Origin: Octopus vulgaris
Taxonomy: Eukaryota
Length of the DNA stretch: 64,000 nucleotides
NCBI GenBank assembly: GCA_951406725.2
Contig: OX597821.1
Location: forward strand, 34,472,001 to 34,536,000
Reading direction: 5' to 3'
Every line of letters begins with the position of its first letter. Positions within the stretch are counted from its first letter, which is position 1. Below, one piece after another: positions 1 through 13,410 of this stretch. The translations under genes were made by a program, and so were the position numbers. Under the pieces are notes generated by a model. It had not been told where the DNA came from, searched no databases, and saw nothing but the letters and a program-made list of their open reading frames with translations.

Positions 1-161
1 AAATATATTTCTATGTACCATACATATACACTCATATACAGAGATATTCATTTGCACATGTGTGTAGGAATATGAAAGTGTACCTGTGTGTATGGGTATT
101 AAAGGTTATATGACCTCTAGGATTCAGTTGTTCAAATGCCTGTTTCTGCAGCAGATAGCAT

Positions 162-194
<33 letters not shown>

Positions 195-317
195 CGCATG
201 GACACATGCACTCATATCTCATCAGTTGGAATGCTGTTATCTCGGCTGCTAAACATTTGTCTTCTCTTCGTTTCAGATATTTTGGGCTGGAATTCTTTCT
301 TTATCTTTATGATTTCA

Positions 318-532
318 CTAGAACCAATGAAGGAGCCTCTATGTGGTTGCTTGACCTGCTAGAAAATAACTGCAAAGTGTCCTTCAAATCTCAAACTACT
401 GTTTTCAAATGCAAGAGAAGACACATAATACGTAGTCCAAGATACCTGTATGAAAGCTGGAATGGTAATAGCTAGATTGTCTTTGATTGTAGAACTGATT
501 GATTATGGTTTACTTGAGGGCTAAACAACAAT
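318..532 (+). mobile_element. Old ~210-bp interspersed repeat (family J) with HDV-like ribozyme-shaped 5' end and (CAA)n tail
   Basis: Core 'gagcctctatgtggttgcttgacctgctagaaa' recurs in more than 12 diverged copies in the window; ends in gggctaaacaacaa. Confidence 0.65.
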
Positions 533-846
533 GATCACCGTGATCACCGTGACCGACCAGGCCATCAGATGTTGCTACACATCGCTGGTCACAATGCGCT
601 TTGCATTGTTTTAGCCTTCAAATGACACCACCCTGCTGGCTAAGCAAACAGGCCAACAGAAGAAAGAGTGAGAGAAAGTTATGGCGAAAGAGTACAGTAG
701 GGATCGCCACCACCCCCTGCCGGAGCCGTGTAGAGCTTTAGGTGTTTTTGCTCAATAAACACTCACAACGCCCAGTCTGGGAATCGAAACCACGACCCTA
801 CGACCGTGACGCTGCTGCCCTAACCACTGGGCCATTGCGCCTCCAC
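533..846 (-). mobile_element. tRNA-derived SINE family C, full length
   Basis: Minus strand has A box tggcccagtgg and B box ggtttcgattcc; tail cacggtgat x2; 10-bp TSD aaacaacaat (523-532/847-856); second copy at 29563-29879. Confidence 0.9.
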
Positions 847-1396
847 AAACAACAATAATTATAGCATGTAAATATTGTGTTGAAAAAATCTTTCTTGATA
901 GAATAAGTGGGATGCTCCCCACAGAACTCTGTTTCATATAAAAATTATTTCCCATTCTCTGAAAAGTTTATAAATTCTTGTGGCATCAACAATATAAGTT
1001 CTTGCTAGTAAGAGTAGTTTCGAAAAATGGATGGAGAAATTTAGAAGTACTAAATACTAATTTACTTTACCAGTCTCATCATTAGTGATGAGTATGATGG
1101 CAGAATCTGTAGAGCACCAAACAAACTGCTTTGTGCTATTTAGTTATGCTTGTTCACATACACAGGGTTCAATCCCCCATTATTCTCGTGAGAATTTAAT
1201 TGGTAAAATAGTGGCATAAAAAAGTTGGATTGGTCTGGCCAAATTGTCTGTCCAGATGATGCTGATGATGAAGACCAAAGAGCGTATCAAGCTTGACTTC
1301 CTTCAATTTATATCACTGAAAATTCAAGAGAAAGGCATGAATGTCTAATCTTATACTTGCTTCATTGCAAGAGTTCTCAAAGTTCATGATAGTATA

Positions 1397-1607
1397 TATT
1401 TCTTTCCTACCCACAAGGGGCTAAACATAGAGGGGATAAACAAGGACAGACAAACGGATTAAGCCGATTACATCGACCCCAGTGTGAAACTGGTACTTTA
1501 TTTATCGACCCCGAAAGGATGAAAGGCAAGGTCGACCTCGGCGGAATTTGAACTCAGAACGTAACGGCAGACGAAATACCGCAAAGCATTTCGTCCGGCG
1601 GTGCTAA
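1397..1607 (-). mobile_element. tRNA-derived SINE family A (5'-truncated)
   Basis: Matches copies at 3529, 8684, 19104, 38790; central gcctttcatcctttcggggtcgataaa motif. Confidence 0.9.
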
Positions 1608-1699
1608 TAGACAAATCATTTCTTCCAAATTAGAGCAGAATAAATAGCATAATTGATGGAGTGTTGGTGCTTTACTGAGTTCGGTTCTTGGCCGTTCTT

Positions 1700-2012
1700 T
1701 AACTTTTTTTTTTTTCATTTCCATTTTTTTCTCTTATTGAACTTTCATCTTTTTCTTCTTTCTTCCTTCTCTTTTTTTTTTCTTTCCTGTTTACCATCTC
1801 TCTTCTTTCATCGTCTCATTTTCTTTTCTCTTTTTTCTCTTTTTCTCCTTTTTATTCTATTTCCTCTATTCTCTCTCTTCACCATTCCCTCTTTCTTCCT
1901 TCCTTTTATTTCTATTTCCTTTGTTCTCTTTTTTTTTCCTCTCCTTTTCTCCTTCTCCCCACCCTTCTCTTACCCAGCTCTTATTTCCTTTCTTTTCTCT
2001 CTTCTCCTTTTC
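1700..2012. repeat. Polypyrimidine (C/T) low-complexity tract
   Basis: Almost entirely C/T. Confidence 0.9.
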
Positions 2013-2800
2013 ACAAAACAATCAATTCATGTCTATTTAAATCCAAGGACTTTAAAGAAAAAAAAACTTTTTAAAATTAGAACCTTATCAGTTTAATGGC
2101 TTCTTAATACTGGTGTGTCATGTGACTTGTGAGTATGTGTGTGAGCCAGTGTGACTGTATGCACGTGTGACTGTATGCACGTGTGTCTGTGACTGTATAA
2201 GACGGTGTATATGTATCTGTTTATGTCACTCTATGTGTATGTGATATTACTCTGCGAGTGTCCTTCGTATGTATGTGTCCTGTGACTCTATGTATGTGTG
2301 TGTCCTGTGAATCTGTATGTGTTTGTATGTATATGTATATGTAAAACAATTCCTCCAAGCTAATTAATTGATTTTTGTCATTGCTTATATAACAAGAATA
2401 AGTTAAAAGTAGAAGATCAATACTTACCGGGAAGGTGGGGGAGATGCTGATAGCGAACTGCGAAAATGGTACAATGTTCTGAGTGCTTTCTTTGATACAC
2501 ATTGTAATAGGTACTTTATTCTGTTTTTTTTTGTTTTGTTATTTTACGTTGTTGTTGTTGTTTTTTTTTCTTCCTTTTTTTCTTTCTTTTCTTACTTCTT
2601 TTCTTACTGCTTTCTACTGTTGAAGGTGTTGGTGCAAGATTGAACTCTTAACGATCTTGTTGAATCAGAAGCTGGTATAGTTGGTGACGGGGGGAATTTA
2701 CGTTTTTAACACTAGTTGAAGTTAAGCATATTTAATATTAGTGAACGTTAAATACTGAGCTTAGAAATACGTATGTGGCTGAGTGAAAGATAACACCAGC

Positions 2801-2881
2801 CCATCATGATCCATCATCATCATCATCATCACAATCATCATCATCATCATCATCAGCATCACTATCATCATCATCATCACT

Positions 2882-2931
<50 letters not shown>

Positions 2932-2945
2932 TCATCATCATCACT

Positions 2946-2982
<37 letters not shown>
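2801..2982. repeat. (CAT)n microsatellite abutting an old RTE-type 3' tail
   Basis: Direct CAT repeats followed by aatgtccattttccatg...ctggatgccccttcc. Confidence 0.9.
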
Positions 2983-3528
2983 CTGAATGTCCATTTTCCA
3001 TGGTGGCATGGAATGGATGAAATATTTGTTGAGGTGGATTTTTCTACAGCTGGATGCCCCTTCCTGTTGCTAACCCTTGCCTATTTCCAAGTAAAGTGAC
3101 CAGACGTGTTTCCATGGAAAAAAATTGGAAATGAAGGACACTGCTTGTATGATGGTGACTTTCATTTACAACTATCACATGATGTGAAAACTTGGTTACA
3201 GTAACAACATATACACATGCGTGCACACACACATACACGTGCACACATGCACATGCACACATGCACGTGCACACATGCATGCACACAAATCTTGGCCCAT
3301 GTTGTTTTATTAAATCATCTTACCATCATCATGGTGGACTTCCAAGTGGCCTTTACTGGAACTCTTGGTACCATTTGGAAACTGCATGGGCCCATCCCTT
3401 GTTTGTGAATCTTACAAAATGCCCAATCCAGCAGAACCTGTGTTTTCAGCATTCTTTGATCCTGTTAGCTACTATGAAGAGGGGAGGAATATGAGTGGCT
3501 ATGGCACAAAGGGTATGGAAACATCCTG

Positions 3529-3755
3529 TTTCTTTATTACCCACAAGGGGCTAAACATAGAGGGGACAAACAAGGACAGACATAGGTATTAAGTCGATTA
3601 CATCGACCCCAGTGCGTAACTGGTACTTAATTTATCGATCCCGAAAGGATGAAAGGCGAAGTCGACCTCGGTGGAATTTGAACTCAGAACGTAACAGCAG
3701 ACGAAATACCGCTAAGCATTTCGCCCGGCGTGCTAACATTTCTGCCAGCTCGCCG
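3529..3755 (-). mobile_element. SINE family A, full length
   Basis: Minus strand head ggcgagctggcagaa, B box gagttcaaattcc, tail gccccttgtggg. Confidence 0.92.
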
Positions 3756-3989
3756 TTAGGAATGTCATTACCAGAGCATATCCAAAATGGGGTGATTCAA
3801 AACTGAGGCAAAATAAACAGGTTTATCTTATTTAAATTTTTGATTATGCCTTCAATTTCATTCCATAGTGTTTTTTTTATTTCCATAGTTTCAAGGTTTT
3901 CCAAAGTATAACATTCAAATTTGTTAAAACACATTGCTCCCTTGTTAAGCATGTGTAAAACATAACCCTCAAAATTGGTTCATTATATT

Positions 3990-4187
3990 ACCCTTTTACC
4001 CTTTTACTTGTTTCAGTCATTTGACTGCGGCCATGCTGGAGCACCGTCTTTAGTCGAGCAAATCGACCCCGGGACTTATTCTTTGTAAGCCCAGTACTTA
4101 TTCTATCGGTCTCTTTTGCCAAACCGCTAGGTGACGGGGACGTAAACACACCAGCATCGGTTGTCAAGCAATGCTAGGGGGACAAAC

Positions 4188-4220
<33 letters not shown>

Positions 4221-4394
4221 CATACATATATATGACAGGCTTCTTTCAGTTTCCGTCTATCAAATCCACTCACAAGGCATTGGTCGGCCCAGGGCTATAG
4301 CAGAAGACACTTGCCCAAGATGCCACGCAGTGGGACTGAACCCGGAACTATGTGGTTGGTTAGTAAACTACTTACCTCACAGCCACTCCTGTGC
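3990..4394 (-). mobile_element. tRNA-derived SINE family B with internal (TA)/(TG) microsatellite
   Basis: Head gcacaggagtggctgtg, gggttcagtccc, CORE-like cttgggcaagt, tail actgaaacaagtaaaag; near-identical to 27415-27828. Confidence 0.92.
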
Positions 4395-5841
4395 ATTCAA
4401 ATTTTGGCAAAAGGCCAACAATTTAGTGGGAGGGGTCAGTTGATTGCATCAACTCCAGCGTTCAGCTGATGCTTATTTTATCGACTCTGAAAGCTTGAAA
4501 AGCAGAGTCAACCTCAGCAGAATTTGAACTCAGAACATAAAGACAGACAAAATGCTGCTGTGTATTTTTTGTCCAGTGTGCAAATGATTCTGTCAACTCA
4601 CCACCTTAAAATTGTTTCATTATATTAACGGCTCTATTGATGCCATCAGTTTCTTCTTTTTTTTTTTTGTAATAATTATGGTTATTTAAACACATTGGAA
4701 CTTGTTCCATTTTTTTCAATGTTCTGATTGCCTTCAATGTTGTTCTATGACAGTTAAGGTAATAAAAGTATAACACTTGAAAACACTATATGAAACAGAA
4801 GAATATTACAGATTATTTCATTCCTGTTTGGTAAATATGGGAGACAACTCCTGACATATTTCAGACTTAACCTCTTCAGAAAGGGATAAACTATTTCACC
4901 TTAGTTACCTTAATAGTGATAAGATAACCACTAAATAAATACTACAATTTTGTATATGAGTATGAGTAGGCTTGGACAGATTAAAGGATCATACCTAGGA
5001 AATGATTTGAACTCAGTTCTTGTAAATTAATGAAGTGCCTTTTTGTCCCACCCTGGATCCTTGAACTGTTCTTCACTGCCATGTCTGTTCTCTCTTTCTT
5101 TGTTTTCTTCTTTTTATTTGATGAGACATTGGGACGAGCCATTGGAAACTTAAGTACAATGATATACCGAAATACCAGTGATTATCTTTTCAGTTAGACT
5201 AGGCTAATTGCCTGCCAAGTGGGCAGTGTTGCAGTGCTAGAAGCTGATTCTTTGGAATTGCTCATGACCATGATGATGATGGCGATGGTTGCAGAGCCAG
5301 CAGCAGCAACAATAACTGTGGTAGTGATGATGATGATGATGATGATGATAAGTGAAGATGGTGCTGGTGGTGGTAGTGGTGTTAGTGTTGGTGGTACTGG
5401 TGGTGGTGGTAGTGACGGTGATGATGACGATGATGCTGAGTGGTGATGATAGTGGGGATGACAGGAATGATCAGTATAGTGGTGGTGCTAGTGGTGGTGG
5501 TGGTGGTGCTGCTGCTGCTGATGATGACAGCATGGCATATAAATTTAGTAAAATCTTGCTAATTCTCCCTTATTGCAACTGAGGCCTTGTGAGTTTTTTT
5601 TTTTAAAAAAAAGGTGCGAAAACAGCTGTTTTTTATATCTCGCTCTTCTACTTAAAATTCAAAGAACATTGTAAGTGAAAGGTGTGAACTGTATCTATCA
5701 GACAAGTTGTTTCAGTAACAGAGCAACAAAACAACCAAACAAGCTTAGGCGTAAGTGTATTTCCGATGTGAATCACTCAACATCAGAAGTCTATTCTAAT
5801 TAATTCAGTAAGAATATTTTGTTTCTTTGTTTGTTGTTGTT

Positions 5842-6300
5842 GGCGTAGGCATGACTATGTGGTATGAACTTTGCTTCCCAACCGCAAGGTACTGAGATCA
5901 GCGCTATTGTATGGTACCTCAGGCAAGTGCTTTCTGTTATATATTTCTTTACTACCCACAAGGGGCTAAACACAGAGGGGACCAACAAGGACAGACAAAG
6001 GGATTAAGTCAATTACATCAACCCCAGTGCATAACTGGTACTTAATTTATCGACCCCGAAAGGATGAAAGGCAAAGTCGACCTCAGTGTAATTTGAACTC
6101 AGAACGTAATGGCAGACAAAATACCTCTAAGCATTTCACCCGGTGTGCTAACGTTTCTGCCAGCTCACCGCCCTATTGCCTTCTGTTATAGCCCCAGGTC
6201 AACCAACCAAACCCTTGTGAGTTGATTTGGTAGACAGAAACTGAAAGAAACTTGTTGTTGTGTTTGTGTGCATACATGCATGCATTTGTGTGTGTGCATG
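5842..6300 (+). mobile_element. Old SINE B interrupted by SINE A (5943-6172, minus strand)
   Basis: SINE B head resumes after the insertion; ttctgttat is duplicated at the two junctions. Confidence 0.8.
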
Positions 6301-6661
6301 TATGTGTAAAGTGGCTGGCATTAGGAATGGTACCCAGGTGTAGAAAGCATTCCAAGGTTGACAACGTTTGGTGCAGTCCTCTGGCTTGCCAGCCCTTGTC
6401 GAACCACCCAACCCATACCGGCATGGAAAACAGATGTTAAATGATGATGAGGAGGATGATGATGTTAGAAAGTGGAGGAGAATGATTGGTACTGAGCTGA
6501 TTTATTAATTGATCCATTATGAAATTAGGAATTTCCGAAGTACACATTTGTATCTATTGGTTTGTTTCATTGGGAACAGGACAGTATATGTTTTAGTGAA
6601 AAGGAAGGTTGTGGTTGCTTAAGCCCCCAAGTAAAACCTCACTGAGTAGACTTCTGATTAA

Positions 6662-6882
6662 CCCTTTTGTTACTGAATTTATTTTGAGATGCTCTGTGCT
6701 TCTTTCAATTGATTTTAAATATAACAAAGAATTTAGTAAAATAATTTAGTTATCATTAAGCTAGTGTTAGGAACATAAATTGTGACTAACATTTGGTGGC
6801 AGATTTTAATTCAAAACTTATGAAAACAAGACATTTGTACTCAGAGCCAGAGCCGGTTTCAACCGGGTTGGTAACGAAAGGG
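6662..6882. mobile_element. piggyBac-type MITE (family H)
   Basis: TTAA on both sides; TIR cccttt(t/c)gttac...gtaacgaaaggg; second copy at 26786-27006. Confidence 0.88.
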
Positions 6883-6974
6883 TTAAAGGCATTCTGCTCA
6901 TGACCATCCCATCCAATCCCATCTTTTCCTTATCTGCAGAGAACTGGGACTGCATTATCCAAAATATTTGTTTT

Positions 6975-7190
6975 AATCCTGTAGTATTCTGTCAAGAGCA
7001 ATGCTTGTTTATTCACCTTATTTTGTATTAATCCTGCATTATCTTGAAGCTTCAAGATTTTGCTTATGTAATGGTTTATTTTTAGAATAATATTGTAGGA
7101 TAAATGTAAGAGGCCAGATCTGGCCAGTTTGGACATAAAAGAGGCAGAATATTTGGGCAGGATGTGACCGGGTTAATTACTCAAGGGTTA
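6975..7190 (-). mobile_element. piggyBac-type MITE (family I), degraded
   Basis: Reverse complement of 39691-39910; ends aagggtta. Confidence 0.7.
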
Positions 7191-7816
7191 TGGCAGAGTA
7201 TGATTTGAGGGATATCTGGCTGTTGTTTTTAGCAGATTGAGTGACTGTGTAGAGGTTCACTCATTGGCTCATTCCAGGAATATAGTGGGATGTAGTGAAT
7301 TTAATGCTTTTGATGAAGTATTAAGTACCGTTTACTTGTTTTAGTCATTGGATTACAGCCATGCTAGGACATCTTCAAGGGTTTAATGAAACAAATTGAC
7401 CTCTGTATTTATTTGCCAAGAGGCTGGTACTTATTCTGTTGGTGTCTTTTGCTGAACTGCTAAGTTATGGGGATAAAGAAACCGGCACTGGCTGTCTAGC
7501 AGTGTGTGGCAAGGTTAACAGTTATAAACACAAACATGCACACATGCACACACGCATGTACATGCATGCGTGCATGTGCGCACACACACACACAATGGGC
7601 TTCTACACAATTTCTGTTTTCCTAAATTCACTCACGAAACATTGGTCCGTCTGGGGCTATAGTAGAAAAAACTTGCTTAAGGGGTGCTGCAGTGTGGAAC
7701 TGAACCCCAAACCACATGGCTATAAAGCAAGTTTCTTCAATTAGTTGGCTTTCTGTTAGAGTACTGTTCACCACATACATTGGTCAGTACAGTAACAACA
7801 CTTAAAAGCATAAACC

Positions 7817-8503
7817 AATGGTTCTAACCATTTTTTGCCCATGGATCCCTTTGATTATTATTTTATTCTGGTGGACCCTCATTGCCATTCTACTCTTTTA
7901 TTTGTTTCAGTCATTTGACTGCTGCCATGCTGGAGCACTACCTTTAGTCAAGCAAATCGACCCCGGGACTTATTCTTTGTAAGTCCAGTACTTATTCTAT
8001 CGGTCTCTTTTTTCCGAACCGCTAAGTGACGGGGGACGTAAACACACCAGCATCGGTTGTCAAGCGATGGTGGGGTGACAAACACAGACACACAAACATA
8101 TACGCATACATACATATATACGACAGGCTTCTTTCAGTTTCCGTCTACCAAATCCACTCACAAGGCATTGGTCGGCCTGAGGCTATAGCAGAAGACACTT
8201 GCCCAAGATGCCACGCAGTGGGACTGAACCCGGAACCATGTGGCTGGTAAGGAAGCTACTTACCACACAGCCACTCCTTCACCTCAATATTTAAAAATTA
8301 ATTACATAGAAACTTCTTTCAAAATTCCTATTTTGTTTACCACACATTCCTTCGTATAGGCTGAACTATGTAAAATGAATGACAAAAAACCTGTTTCTTG
8401 CATTACATACATCTAAAGCAAAAACTTTTCATGGACCCATAAAATGCTATTTGTGGACCCCTAAAAATTTTATATGGATTTCAAAGGGCCATCAGAACCA
8501 CTG
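7817..8503. mobile_element. hAT (Charlie-like) MITE interrupted by SINE B (7892-8278, minus strand)
   Basis: Ends caatggttct...agaaccactg; internal sequence homologous to 35049-35356. Confidence 0.72.
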
Positions 8504-8683
8504 TGCAAGACCAATGGTTCTCTATCAGTTAAATACCAGTCTCTTCTTACCTGTTACTAAAACGTGTTCCCTTTTACCATTAATAAGAAAACAAAGTAAA
8601 CCTTGCTTCCATCTAGTTCTTCAGCATTGTCTGAGACAACTTTACTGGTTTAAGACTGTCTTAATTGTTTTGAAGATGGTATA

Positions 8684-8915
8684 AGGTGGCGAGCTGGCAG
8701 AAACGTTAGCACGCCGGGTGAAATGCTTAGCGGTATTTCGTCTGCCGTTACGTTGTGAGTTCAAATTCTGCCAAGGTTGACTTTGCCTTTCATCCTTTCG
8801 GGGTCGATAAATTAAGTACCAGTTATGCACTGGGGTCGATGTAATCGACTTAATACCTATGTCTGTCCTTGTTTGTCCCCTCTGTGTTTAGCCCCTTGTG
8901 GGTAATAAAGAAATA
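8684..8915 (+). mobile_element. SINE family A, full length
   Basis: ggtggcgagctggcagaaacgttagc...gccccttgtgggtaataaagaaat. Confidence 0.92.
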
Positions 8916-10039
8916 GGTATTTGGTCCATCCCCTTTTTTAATCCTCTCAGCCTCATGGGAAACACTATTCTAGACCACATAAAAAAATGCCATTCACCTA
9001 ACATATACTAAACCTAGGATAGCTCATATCTGTACTGCTTCTTTTCTCTACATCTTCTTCTGTAGCTTTTTTTAAAATATATTTACTAGAGCTTAATCAA
9101 AATATGAAAAAATTGTACCAATGATATTTTCATCAATCTCTCTCTGACACTATTGGAAGAAGGTGGGAACATTCACGATAGTCTCTGACCTGATCCAAAC
9201 ACATGCCACAGAGTGGAAAGTGCTGGCGTTAAACCTGGCAATAAATTGAGTTGCCATCCGAAGGCCTCTGCTCATTTGATATACCCTAGCTAACAGTATA
9301 AATTATCCAGTCTAGTAGATCAGATACACATTCCTCTTTCCCTTCCATGATTCCTTGAACTTTATGAAAGGCAGCCAATGACAGATTCATTCTACTACCT
9401 GTGGCCTCTGCTCCACTGATGCATCTAACTAGCAGCATACTTCATTCATCATCCAGTCTAGTACACCTGATACACATTTCTTTTCTCTTTTCATCATCCC
9501 TACGATGTCATACACTCAGACACTGCAAAAAGAAAAAAAATAAACAACAGAAAACAAAAGTAAAAACAGCTTGTTCAGTGATCCCTTCCCCTAAACTGCA
9601 TCAGTTTAGGATTCCCTTCCTACTTCTGTTTTTCTGCAGATATCGATCTACAGAAGTTCACACTAAATGTCAACCCTATTAATCCCACTATACTCATTGT
9701 GAGAACAAAGGTCATGAATGTTGCCCCCCACCACTCCCAACCTTAAGGTAATTAATCAAAGAAAGAAAATTGAGAATTCAAAGAATTGAAGTTAACTTCA
9801 ATAGGACCTTACTATCATCTTCTTGATCATAATGGTCATAACGATGATGATAATGATGATGATGATGGCAAAGATGATGATGGCAATGATGATGGTGGTG
9901 ATGATGTTTATGATGACAATGCTGTGGTTCTGTGTCTTCTCTCCTCTTCTTTCTACTACAATGATTTCTTCTCACTGTGTGTCCTTTCTTATTTCATCCC
10001 AATTGATTTACTGATCTCCCTTCTTATCCATATTCCCCA

Positions 10040-10395
10040 TCAGGTAAAGCCTTTAAAGCTTCCTTTTAGTCATGAATGACAATAGGATTGCACCTAGGAA
10101 GTTCCCCACCGAGACACAACCCCTTGCAGAGTTGTTTGTGGAAAACCAGCAGTCGCCTGTGCGTACCAACTTCCCCTCTCCACACCACTGATGTCATCCA
10201 AGGGAAAGGCTAAAGCCAATATAGCTTGGCACCAGCGACATCACAACTCATTTCTACAGCTGAATGAACTGGAGCAACATGAAATAAAGTGTCTTGCTCA
10301 AGAACGCATCACATACAGCCTGGTCTAGGAATCAATCTCACTATCTCCTGATTGTGATCCCGATGCTCTAACCACTGAGCCATGCACCTTCACCA
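10040..10395 (-). mobile_element. tRNA-derived SINE family D
   Basis: Reverse complement of 19352-19710 and 39936-40275. Confidence 0.8.
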
Positions 10396-11838
10396 TATAT
10401 TCTCCATCAACCATATAGGAAGCACTCTGCCCAGTTCTTGCTTGGACATTAAAGTATCAGGAACCCTGTCCCCAAATTTTCTCTGCAAGAATCAACCCAA
10501 TCTCCATAGTCTGAGAGAACCTGTAATGACTATAGGACTTTTTGGTGGATGAGCATTAAATGGTTTAGAAAATATCTTCCTTTCTCTTTTTGCAAAAACA
10601 TGCATTTAACTGGACAAATAATGTCTGTAAGAAGCAATAAGGCAATATTAGGGGTCCCCAATATTGACAAGTCTCGTAACCCTTTTGGAGATGCTGGGGC
10701 ACTGCAGCCATGCAGCATATCAAGGAGGAGAAAGCCTGGTGGAGCCCATCCCTCTCCAGGCTAAACTCATTTCTACAGTTGAGTGGACTGGAGCAATGTG
10801 AAATGAAGTGTTTTGCTCAAGAACACAATGTGTCACACTGTCCAGGAATCAAAACCACAATCTTACGCTCATAAGTCCAACAACCTAACCACCAAGCTAT
10901 GCACTTCCATGATACCAAGTGACAAACCAGTACCAGGCCATGGTTCATTTGGTCCCAAACCACACAGAAAGAATATATTTTGAAATTTTATTTCTATTTT
11001 ATTGACTGTCACAGTCTGCAGGGTGCTTTTTGCATTATATATGTATTGTCTAAGTCACCATTAAATTATATATTATGCATTTTATTGTTATTCACGTGAT
11101 CCCCGAATCCATGGAACTGGGCTGCGGTTCAAAAAGCGGTTGGTAATTGCTGTTCTACAGGGTTGTTCGCTCTGGTAGAAACAATAGTCAACCCTCTCCC
11201 AAATCATATCCCACCAGCTTAAAAGAAACTGGAAGGACACATTAGGATAATTTAGTGTTTGATATGTGATGAAAAAGAAATGAAAAAAAGATAAATATAT
11301 ATGGAATGGTCATGTCTGTACTGACTTTGTTCATGTCCTGCTCCCTCGTGATTGACATTAAGGGCTTGCACAGCTACAACAACCATACCTGTACAAACTG
11401 ATGTTCCTTACATTCTCTCTTCAGAGGGGTTACTGTGACATCAAAGATTTTTCAGAAGCTCTTTTGTTAAAGTATAAAATTGCTCTGAAAATAAGTTACA
11501 AAGGAATAAGTAACGCACTGCCTTGGCCTCCTCTTGGCCATTCTTCCTTGTGTACAATTCTCTGTGACTAAACCTCCTCAGAATGCCAAATAAAATAGCA
11601 AATCAACAATCCAACCGGCCAGCCGACCGACCAACCAACAAACACAATGACTATATCATCATGCCTGTAGTGATCTCTTTGATATTGCGATGCACTTACT
11701 GTTGCAGTGTTCAACTAACTACACAACAGTTCTGTTGCAGTATTTTATTCAACTACATTGCAGTTTTGTTCGTTTTTAAAAGGTTTACAGTTTGAATCAC
11801 ATGTTACGATGATGTCATAAGGAATGCACCGACACCAG

Positions 11839-11883
<45 letters not shown>

Positions 11884-11899
11884 TATTGTTATTACTTTG

Positions 11900-11938
<39 letters not shown>

Positions 11939-12017
11939 ATGGCAGCAAGCAGGTAAATAACCAACAACAGCAATGCAGCTGCTGCTAGGAATTAAAAAAG
12001 AAAGAAAAAAAAAAGGA

Positions 12018-12059
<42 letters not shown>

Positions 12060-12377
12060 AAAACACTGTTATCGTTGTTGTCATTGACATCGTTATTATC
12101 ATCATCAACAACAACAGCAGCAACAACAACAACTATAGCAAAAGCAACAACAAAATGTATAAGTATTGATTTTTAACAAGAATAAACACAATAATTCAAC
12201 ATCCTAAAAATTGAAAGAGAACATACTCTTGCTGTAGATATAATATACATAATCACCATCATCATCATCGTCGTCGTCGTCATCATCATCATCATCATCA
12301 CTACCATCATCATCATCATCATCATCATCATCATTGCTGTCATCATCATCTTTGTCACCATCATCATTGTCATCATC

Positions 12378-12423
<46 letters not shown>

Positions 12424-12426
12424 CCA

Positions 12427-12457
<31 letters not shown>

Positions 12458-12627
12458 CATCATCATCATCATCATCATCATCATTGCTGTCATCATCATC
12501 ATCATCATCATCATTGCTGTCATCATCATCATCATCATCATCATTGCTGTCATCATCATCATCATCATCATCATTGCTGTCATCATCATCATTGCTGTCA
12601 TCATCATCATCATCATCATCATTGCTG

Positions 12628-12659
<32 letters not shown>

Positions 12660-12937
12660 GGCATCATCATCATCATCATCAGTCACCATTACCTATTACT
12701 ACTACTAACCACCACCACCACCACCACCACCACCATTGGCATCGTTGTCGCTGGCAGTTGTAGTAACAGCTACTGCTACCACTAACACAACCTCCGTGAC
12801 ATCACGGTGACTACAACAACCGTGCAACAGTTACAATACGACGACCGAGGAGTCTGGGCGTGTGAGAGAGAACAGACGACTGCAACAGTGACAACACTTC
12901 CCTACTATTAATGCTGCTGCTGCTGCTGCTACTCCTG

Positions 12938-12972
<35 letters not shown>

Positions 12973-13200
12973 GCGAATACCATCACAGCCACTACTACTA
13001 CTACTACTGCTACTACTACTCCTACTACTACTACTAACACGACTGCCACTACCGCCACCACGATCACTACTACTACTACTACAACTACTACTGCTACCAC
13101 CACCACTGCTGCCACCGACACCACCACCACCACCACTACTACTACTACTACTACAACTACTACTGCTACCACCACCACTGCCGCCGCCACCACCACCACC

Positions 13201-13268
<68 letters not shown>

Positions 13269-13375
13269 CATTACTACTACTACTGCAAATACCATCACAA
13301 CTGCCACCACTACCAGACTGCTTTCGTTACTATTGTCTCATCGTCATCGTTGTCGTTATTGTCATCGTCTTCATT

Positions 13376-13406
<31 letters not shown>

Positions 13407-13410
13407 GCAT
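11839..13410. repeat. Compound microsatellite field: (CAT)n, (CTTT)n, (CAA)n, (CTA)n/(CCA)n
   Basis: Direct inspection; produces the poly-M/D/S/V/L ORFs. Confidence 0.95.

Noticed and set aside
1255-1295. Possible terminal exon cag|..DDADDEDQRAYQA*
   Set aside because: Too short, weak acceptor, no recognisable homology
2420-2470. U1 snRNA-like start ATACTTACC..GGGGAGAT
   Set aside because: No loop II ATTGCAC, no Sm site and no 3' stem; it reads equally well as a minus-strand G|GTAAGTAT donor with no supportable exon
4171-4443. Recurrent ORF 'YDRLLSVSVYQIHSQG...CPRCHAVGLNPE'
   Set aside because: Antisense translation of SINE B, not a protein family
8950-9530. Possible decayed L2/Crack-type LINE (also ~51840-52020)
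   Set aside because: Only faint motif resemblance; cannot be supported without a search
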